Source: a virus (lineage: Duplodnaviria > Caudoviricetes). From it: a stretch of DNA of 32,763 nt. The position numbers were made by a program, and so were the translations under genes. The notes below the pieces were generated by a model. That model was not told where the DNA came from. It searched no databases and saw only the letters and a list, made by a program, of their open reading frames with translations. The stretch spans positions 1-32,763 of IMG/VR virus record IMGVR_UViG_3300037483_000358. One strand, 5' to 3'. Shown here in pieces: positions 9,369 to 14,580 of this stretch (position 1 is its first letter; each line of letters starts with the position of its first letter).

Positions 9369-10523
9369 ATGAACACACGAGGCCAGATGATCCCACGAGG
9401 GGATAACCGCTGGCTCCTTCGCGTCTACCTCGGTCGAGATGCTGAAGGCAAGCGCAAGTATCACTCGAAGATGTTCGAGGGCACCACGCATCAGGCTCGC
9501 CAGGAGATTACCAAGCTGCTGCGAGAGGCCGACACTGACACGCTGGTCCGACCGACCAAGCAGACGGTGAAAGCATTCCTCGAAGCGTGGCTGAAGTCCA
9601 AGCTGGATGTCTCGGAGTACACCGTCTTTGGCTATCACAAACGGCTCAAGAATGACGTGTATCCTGAGATCGGGCACCTGAAGCTGCATGAGGTAACACC
9701 TCTCGTTATCAACGGGCTCTATCAGAAGCTCAGTGTCGAGAAGGGCCATAGCCCACGGACGGTGCGGTACACTGCCTCGATCATTCATCACGCATTCGAG
9801 CAGGCTGTTATGTGGGGACTCCTTGTTAGGAACCCCGCGAGTCACGCAACCCGTCCCAAGCTGGTCAAGCGGCCTCCAACCGTGCTCACTGCTGAGCAAA
9901 TCAGGGCGCTGCTGGCATTTTCCCAGGAGCATCCGCTGTGCTCGCTGTGGTACCTGTTGCTCACCTCTGGTTTACGCCCAAGCGAAGCGCTGGTGATCCG
10001 GTGGTCAGACATCGAAGATGACACACTGCATGTGCGTCGAACCTTAGTCACGGATAGCACTGGTTATCGCTGTACTGTGGTCGAGCATCAGGCGAAGACG
10101 GACAAGTCCATTCGAGCGATCACCCTGCCAGCTTCCACGCTGACTGTGCTCGATCAACACCGTCGTCATCAGGCAGCGGAGATTCTAGCTGCTGGTCCCG
10201 GGTATACCAGAGCGGGCTATCTCTTCGCGTCCGCTAACGGTGAGCACCTTCAGCTTCATGCTGTGCGTCTCCGGTGGAAAACCCTGTTACGACAAGCAGG
10301 GATGCCCAACGTTCGGCTGTATGACACTAGGCACTCTCATGCGACAGCGCTGTTGACTGCTGGTGCGAACCTCGCCTGGGTCTCAGACAGGCTTGGACAC
10401 ACCGACATCAAGATGACGAAGGACGTGTACGCGCATGTGCTGCCGGAAGCTCAACGGGATACAGCGCAGATCATGGACAACATTCTGACGGCTCGCCCCA
10501 GGAAGGTCGTAAATGCCGAGTGA
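9369..10523 (+). CDS. int: Tyrosine integrase
   Basis: N-terminal arm-binding beta domain and SAM-like core domain; catalytic 'SGLRPSE' (R), 'AKT' (K), 'YDTRH' (HxxR variant), 'LGH' and 'VYAH' (Y); strong AAGGAGGGGG RBS. Confidence 0.96.
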   Translation: MNTRGQMIPRGDNRWLLRVYLGRDAEGKRKYHSKMFEGTTHQARQEITKLLREADTDTLVRPTKQTVKAFLEAWLKSKLDVSEYTVFGYHKRLKNDVYPEIGHLKLHEVTPLVINGLYQKLSVEKGHSPRTVRYTASIIHHAFEQAVMWGLLVRNPASHATRPKLVKRPPTVLTAEQIRALLAFSQEHPLCSLWYLLLTSGLRPSEALVIRWSDIEDDTLHVRRTLVTDSTGYRCTVVEHQAKTDKSIRAITLPASTLTVLDQHRRHQAAEILAAGPGYTRAGYLFASANGEHLQLHAVRLRWKTLLRQAGMPNVRLYDTRHSHATALLTAGANLAWVSDRLGHTDIKMTKDVYAHVLPEAQRDTAQIMDNILTARPRKVVNAE

Positions 10524-10689
10524 ACTTCTGGCGTGCTGCAAGAAACACATCAAGCGGTACGTCGCTCTCAATCCTTCTTACCCCCGTGCTGGTGCTGCGC
10601 TCTGCTGCAAGGAGTGTCAGCACCGGCTGTACTACAACGGGAAAACTCGAACATGGGCTTCATGGTCTAGGGAGTGCATAACACAATGA
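10513..10689 (+). CDS. 58-aa Cys-rich protein coupled to the integrase (not in the ORF track)
   Basis: MPSELLACCKKH...CCKECQHRLYYNGKTRTWASW...; overlaps the int stop and joins the next gene by ATGA. Confidence 0.6.
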   Translation: MPSELLACCKKHIKRYVALNPSYPRAGAALCCKECQHRLYYNGKTRTWASWSRECITQ

Positions 10690-11030
10690 AGTGGTTTCCG
10701 AAACTCGATTGGTGGCTCAGTCCCTCCGGTGGTCCGTATCCTACTCCGTGGTCCCTCTGGACGATTCTCAGCGAAGCTCCACTGCCTGCACACTTCTTTG
10801 GTGTATGGTTTGTGATCGGCTATGCCTGGGTAACGCGCTGGGGCTTCCAGCATTGGGGCTTTGGGTTTCTCGTGTGGTGGCTCGCTGTTGGTGCCGCTGC
10901 TGGCTGGCAGGCGTGGCAGTGGGAGCAGGATGTCTATGGTCCGCCGTCAGCGTTCGCTACATGGCGAGAGATCGTGTGGCGCGTGCTCATCGCTGTGGTC
11001 GCCGCGCTGCCTGCGTGGTGGCTCCTATGA
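10686..11030 (+). CDS. Trp-rich multi-pass membrane protein
   Basis: Starts MKWFPKLDWW; about three hydrophobic segments; ATGA coupling at both ends. Confidence 0.7.
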   Translation: MKWFPKLDWWLSPSGGPYPTPWSLWTILSEAPLPAHFFGVWFVIGYAWVTRWGFQHWGFGFLVWWLAVGAAAGWQAWQWEQDVYGPPSAFATWREIVWRVLIAVVAALPAWWLL

Positions 11031-11224
11031 ACGCGCTAGTCGCTATCGCGCTCGTTATCCTCACTTTCGCCTGTGGTTCGACTACAGAGCCCACTCCTGA
11101 TCCCTGTCCTGGGCAGGAGACGTGGACCCACAGCTACTTCGTAGATGGTCAAGCAGTGACCGACACGCTTTGCTTACCGAAGGGTGCGTCTGACTGGTTT
11201 AACACCGGGCGAATCCCCAGGTAA
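11027..11224 (+). CDS. Small lipoprotein
   Basis: MNALVAIALVILTFA-CGSTTEPTPDPCP: hydrophobic signal peptide, lipobox Cys and Pro/Thr linker. Confidence 0.7.
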   Translation: MNALVAIALVILTFACGSTTEPTPDPCPGQETWTHSYFVDGQAVTDTLCLPKGASDWFNTGRIPR

Positions 11225-11230
11225 CACCAA

Positions 11231-11278
11231 GGGAGAGGGGAGCCCTAGGCGCTCTTACTTAGGGTTCCCTCTTTCCTT
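11231..11278. terminator. Long imperfect hairpin at the convergence of the int operon and the minus-strand gene
   Basis: GGAGAGGGGAGCCCTAG pairs with TTAGGGTTCCCTCTTTCC. Terminator or RNase III-type site. Confidence 0.5.
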
Positions 11279-11526
11279 TCTTCCGCTTCTCTCGCGTTTT
11301 GCGCTTCTGTCTCTTTGGCGAGCGCGATGATAGACAACGCTTCACCTACTGCATCCACCAGCTTGATCGCGCTCTCGATGTGGTCTGTGGTCTCCTTCCG
11401 TACAGGTCGATCTGACCGGAGGGCGTACTGAAGGTGAGACAAGGCTGCCGAGAGGTTACCAATCGAAGCACGAGCGATCTCCGAGAAGGCGAAGAGCATG
11501 CTGCGGTACTGCCTGTCAGTAGGCAT
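11245..11526 (-). CDS. Hypothetical helical protein (93 aa)
   Basis: ATG with upstream GGAGAGAAAGGA; amphipathic helical sequence; two operator copies lie upstream. Confidence 0.55.
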   Translation of the reverse strand: MPTDRQYRSMLFAFSEIARASIGNLSAALSHLQYALRSDRPVRKETTDHIESAIKLVDAVGEALSIIALAKETEAQNAREAEERKEGTLSKSA

Positions 11527-11675
11527 AGCGAGGGTAAAGGTTCCTTTCTCTCCAAAACTAGGGGGATGGACCTGATGCTAACCGGAGGTGAGCAAGGACC
11601 GTAACTAGGCGTCCTGCCCACGCGCAAGACCCCTAGGAATCGAGCCAGGATGCCCCAGGACTGACGATCTATGGT

Positions 11676-11717
11676 TATACCGACCTGGGATACCTCTGGT
11701 TATCCCCATGCGGCATA
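11676..11717. promoter_or_regulatory. Tandem 17-bp operators
   Basis: TATACC-GACCT-GGGATA (11676-11692) and TATCCC-CATGC-GGCATA (11701-11717). Confidence 0.6.
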
Positions 11718-11734
11718 GAGGCTCGACCTGCCAG

Positions 11735-11860
11735 GATTTTAGCATAGTCATTTGAGCGGGTCTACGCTCTGCCCGGCCGTAGGCATTTACCCCCCGGTAC
11801 CCGGTCCCGCGCCCGCGTTCGATCCCGAGGGGGGCGGCACACTAGCGGCACACTGCCCGC
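11735..11860. other. Probable genome end / terminal-repeat (packaging) region
   Basis: Apparently non-coding, between the last late/int genes and the first early genes. An AT-rich GATTTTAGCATAGTCATTTGAG tract is followed by a CCCCCCGGTACCC...GGGGGG GC block, recalled as typical of T7-like genome ends. Confidence 0.4.
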
Positions 11861-12122
11861 GCTAGGTGATGCAAGGTCAAGCACTTAGCTACCGTCAGGG
11901 GATACGCTGTCACCTGATGGGCAGGGAGGGCAGGGGCGCGGCATCCACCTACGAACGGCTTCGTAGTACGAACGCATTCGTATGTGTGTGCGTGATCCAT
12001 CGGTACGTTTTCCTTATAGCGACAGGCAAGCACTCCGCTAGCAGCACTGCCGCAACCTGCCCACAATCGTTGCATCTTGCCAGCCTCTAGCGCACTGCTA
12101 GCAAACTGACAGCACACAACCA

Positions 12123-12154
12123 CAAGCACTTACGGATATGGCACGCAGCTTGCA
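12123..12154 (+). promoter_or_regulatory. Sigma54 (RpoN) -24/-12 promoter with an adjacent IHF-like site
   Basis: TGGCACG-CAGC-TTGCA at 12139-12154 matches TGGCACGNNNNTTGCW. CAAGCACTTA at 12123-12132 (about -42 to -33) matches the CAANNNNTTR part of the IHF consensus. Confidence 0.7.
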
Positions 12155-12164
12155 CTGTGCTAGC

Positions 12165-12400
12165 ATCGTCCAGACCACCGGACTAGGGCGTTAAGCGGCA
12201 ACGCGACCGATACACACCGCACCTCGGGAGAGGTTGAGCTAGGGACGGTCGAACGGTACCCGCGTAGGTGATGGCCCGAACCATAGGTGACACGTCGGCA
12301 TGGAGTCCTAGACGGTCACGTTGTCGAACGATTAGAGCACTCAACGGGAAGCTGTGCGAGGGCTAGCCGTCAATGCCGTGCAAAGCGGCGGGAGTGCTTC
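12165..12400 (+). ncRNA. Putative structured leader RNA of the early operon
   Basis: Consecutive and nested stems: GTCC/GGAC; GCGTT/AACGC; GACCG/CGGTC enclosing ACCTC-GGGA-GAGGT; ATGG/CCAT; GTGAC/GTCAC with CGTC/GACG; GAGCACTC/GAGTGCTT enclosing GCCGT-GCAA-AGCGGC. Confidence 0.5.
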
Positions 12401-12426
12401 ACCCACAAAACAAGAGGGATAACCCA

Positions 12427-12582
12427 ATGGAAACGCTTCGACTCACAACGTGGCAATACCTGTCAGTGCTAGAGACGCTTGGGGACGTATGGGTACGTTT
12501 TGGTCCTAAGAGCCGCTACGCCCTTTCCGGTCCCGAGCGCTTAGAACGTGCTTTGCAAATGGCTCGCATATTCTCAGCCTAA
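12427..12582 (+). CDS. Early hypothetical protein (51 aa)
   Basis: Leader GAGGGATAACCCAATG is identical to that of the 12807 gene. Confidence 0.6.
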   Translation: METLRLTTWQYLSVLETLGDVWVRFGPKSRYALSGPERLERALQMARIFSA

Positions 12583-12585
12583 CCC

Positions 12586-12602
12586 TATACCGTGGAGGGA
12601 TA
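12586..12602. promoter_or_regulatory. 17-bp operator containing the RBS
   Basis: TATACCGTGGAGGGATA; ATG at 12605. Confidence 0.65.
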
Positions 12603-12604
12603 CC

Positions 12605-12802
12605 ATGCTGTTCCGTAAACTTTCCGATAGCCTCACTGTCGTTATCGGACAGAACACAGCCGAGCGTCAATGGATTGAAGACTGCCGCGCCTTGCGTCCC
12701 TCGGAACGATTTCAGGGTGTCGGGACACTCAGCAACGAACAAGTACCGGACGTACAGCTTGATGCTACCGTTGCGGGCTTTACCTATACCGTGGAGGGAT
12801 AA
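12605..12802 (+). CDS. Early hypothetical protein (65 aa)
   Basis: GGAGG RBS; starts MLFRKLSDS. Confidence 0.65.
   Translation: MLFRKLSDSLTVVIGQNTAERQWIEDCRALRPSERFQGVGTLSNEQVPDVQLDATVAGFTYTVEG
12785..12801. promoter_or_regulatory. 17-bp operator containing the RBS
   Basis: TATACCGTGGAGGGATA; ATG at 12807. Confidence 0.65.
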
Positions 12803-12806
12803 CCCA

Positions 12807-13097
12807 ATGCGTTACACAGTGACTCGCCAAGTCATTCAGGTTATCGGCGCTATTTGGCAACATGGATTTACTTGCGCTCAAGAGCGGAACCTGTCTGACT
12901 ACGAAATGGCCAGCATTGAGAACCCTAGGGACAGGTACAGCGTAGCAAGCTGGATTGACACGCACTTTGGCGACTTCCAGCACATTCAAGACTTCCGCGC
13001 TGACTTCCACCTCGGGAACGAAAACGTTGTACATGAGTGGAAGTCTGAGGAAAGCGAATGCACGTTTAACGACCGCATGTATCCGGCGGAAGACTAA
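12807..13097 (+). CDS. Early hypothetical acidic protein (96 aa)
   Basis: GGAGG RBS; starts MRYTVTRQVIQ. Confidence 0.7.
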   Translation: MRYTVTRQVIQVIGAIWQHGFTCAQERNLSDYEMASIENPRDRYSVASWIDTHFGDFQHIQDFRADFHLGNENVVHEWKSEESECTFNDRMYPAED

Positions 13098-13224
13098 CAC
13101 TTGCCTAAGCGCAGCACAGTCCTTACTCGGTCAACGCCGACAGCCTATCGCACGGAAGGCTAGGGAGCTAGACAAGAGGGACAACACATAGCTAGCGTCC
13201 TGTTATAACCACAAGGGGGAAAAC

Positions 13225-13455
13225 ATGGCTAAGAAGTTCCTTGACCTTTGCCCGGTACTCCGTCGCAAGCTGGTGCGCTATGGTAAGCTGGTTCCTGGAA
13301 CAGGAAGAATGATAGAAGACGGGCAAGAGTGGGTTACCGAACCTTGTGGCACTCCGCTCTTTGGCAAGAATCGAGAACACGGCAAATGCTCAAGCTGCGC
13401 TAAAGGATATAGCCATGAAGAGAACTACCCGGTAGAAGAAGGGGGTAACCAGTGA
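13225..13455 (+). CDS. Early Cys-containing hypothetical protein
   Basis: AAGGGGG RBS; C...CG...CSSC putative Zn ligands. Confidence 0.7.
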   Translation: MAKKFLDLCPVLRRKLVRYGKLVPGTGRMIEDGQEWVTEPCGTPLFGKNREHGKCSSCAKGYSHEENYPVEEGGNQ

Positions 13456-13679
13456 CTACCAAACGCTCAATCAGAGAGACACCAGAGCGCCAACAAATCG
13501 GCGTAAGGCTGTCGGCTGAGGCTGTGGCGCACCTCGCCACGCTTCAGACGCACTACGCTCAACGCGGGGGTCTTATCGCGCCCGTGTCTCAGTCTCAGAC
13601 CGTGGAAATCGTACTGAGGGAAACAGTAGCGAGTCTACAGGACATACTCACCATTTCAAAGGGGAAGGGGAAGAAATGA
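13452..13679 (+). CDS. Putative ribbon-helix-helix-like DNA-binding protein
   Basis: 'QQIGVRLSAEAVAHL...SQSQTVEIVLRE' beta-helix-helix pattern; GTGA coupling. Confidence 0.55.
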   Translation: MTTKRSIRETPERQQIGVRLSAEAVAHLATLQTHYAQRGGLIAPVSQSQTVEIVLRETVASLQDILTISKGKGKK

Positions 13680-13855
13680 CAGACCAGCACACACTAGCGC
13701 ACGCTCTTGGTCTTCAACCGTGTAGCCATTCCATACAGGACGTGACAGAGTGTGTTATCTGTGGCAAACATCTTGCCGCAGTACGAACACATCTTGACAC
13801 CTGTGGGGAGCGTTGCTTCAAACAGTTGCTCAAGGAACAGAGAGCTAGGATATGA
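13676..13855 (+). CDS. 59-aa Zn-ribbon protein (not in the ORF track)
   Basis: ATGA coupling; 'ECVICGKHL...DTCGERCFK'. Confidence 0.65.
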   Translation: MTDQHTLAHALGLQPCSHSIQDVTECVICGKHLAAVRTHLDTCGERCFKQLLKEQRARI

Positions 13856-13897
13856 GGCTCACCTGTCCCGTACTTCTTACCCTTGGCGCTATCGGCG

Positions 13898-14191
13898 CTA
13901 CCAAGTCCAAAACATGCTACTGCGATTGACCCTCAACTGTGGTCTATCTCTACCTGTCTTCAGCCAGTGTAGCACTTTGTCCGACTCGTGAAACGCCAGA
14001 GACAGGGAGACAAGGACAGTGACGTGCGGAGAGGTGATTCCTCTTTCCCAATCTGAAATCGTTCCTTGTGTCCATCCTCTAAGCTTTTTCCCAAGCTCCG
14101 TCTGATTCATGGGTGAACCAGCGTTGCCTAGAAGTGCTCGACACGTCTGAATACGCGACCCTAGAGCTATAGAAGCTTGTATCTCTGGCAT
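13898..14191 (-). CDS. XRE/cI-family HTH repressor
   Basis: 'MNQTELGKKLRGWTQGTISDWERGITSP...LHWLKTG' is a Cro/C1 HTH signature. Divergent from RNAP; no S24 peptidase domain. Confidence 0.88.
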   Translation of the reverse strand: MPEIQASIALGSRIQTCRALLGNAGSPMNQTELGKKLRGWTQGTISDWERGITSPHVTVLVSLSLAFHESDKVLHWLKTGRDRPQLRVNRSSMFWTW

Positions 14192-14242
14192 GGTCGTAAC
14201 CGTTTTCCCCTAAGAGGGTTGTGCTCCGCATTACAGACAGGC

Positions 14243-14259
14243 TATCCCTTGTCGGAATA
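14243..14259. promoter_or_regulatory. 17-bp operator upstream of the repressor
   Basis: TATCCC-TTGTC-GGAATA (one mismatch to the consensus). Confidence 0.55.
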
Positions 14260-14357
14260 GACTACCTGTGTGAGGGGGTAAACTACGTTCTCCAAACAAG
14301 ACACACCAGAGTAGGCTAACCGCTTGTCTAACTCAACGTTAACCGGCAATTAGCTTC

Positions 14358-14383
14358 CCATTCGCCTTCCGGTTGGACCCAGG
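14358..14383 (+). promoter_or_regulatory. Putative phage RNAP promoter upstream of the RNAP gene
   Basis: CCATTCGCCTTCCGGTTGGACCC; one mismatch in 23 against the 17783 copy. Confidence 0.65.
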
Positions 14384-14559
14384 TTAAAGCAAGAGGTTAG
14401 AGAGTAAGGTTTAGACTATGGTTACTACTACCTGCGTAGTAACTAGACGTTGACTCGATGTAACCCGCAGTAAGCTAGAGGTTAGATCAGGTAGTGCTCC
14501 CCTGGATGAACACACAGAGGGGGCTAGTGAGCGCAGAGCGCCTAAGCTTTGTCCGACTT

Positions 14560-14576
14560 TATACCATGGAGGGATA
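14560..14576. promoter_or_regulatory. 17-bp operator containing the RNAP RBS
   Basis: TATACCATGGAGGGATA; GTG at 14581. Confidence 0.65.
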
Positions 14577-14580
14577 GACT

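Noticed and set aside
8892-9932. 346-aa minus-strand ORF across int and attP
   Set aside because: Antisense shadow of the integrase; no recognisable motifs, and it runs through the regulatory repeats.
8797-11860. Independent satellite or island inserted at the phage tRNA
   Set aside because: No duplicated tRNA 3' end found downstream (GTTCGATCCC near 11817 is too weak), and the int region carries the phage's own promoter and operator motifs.
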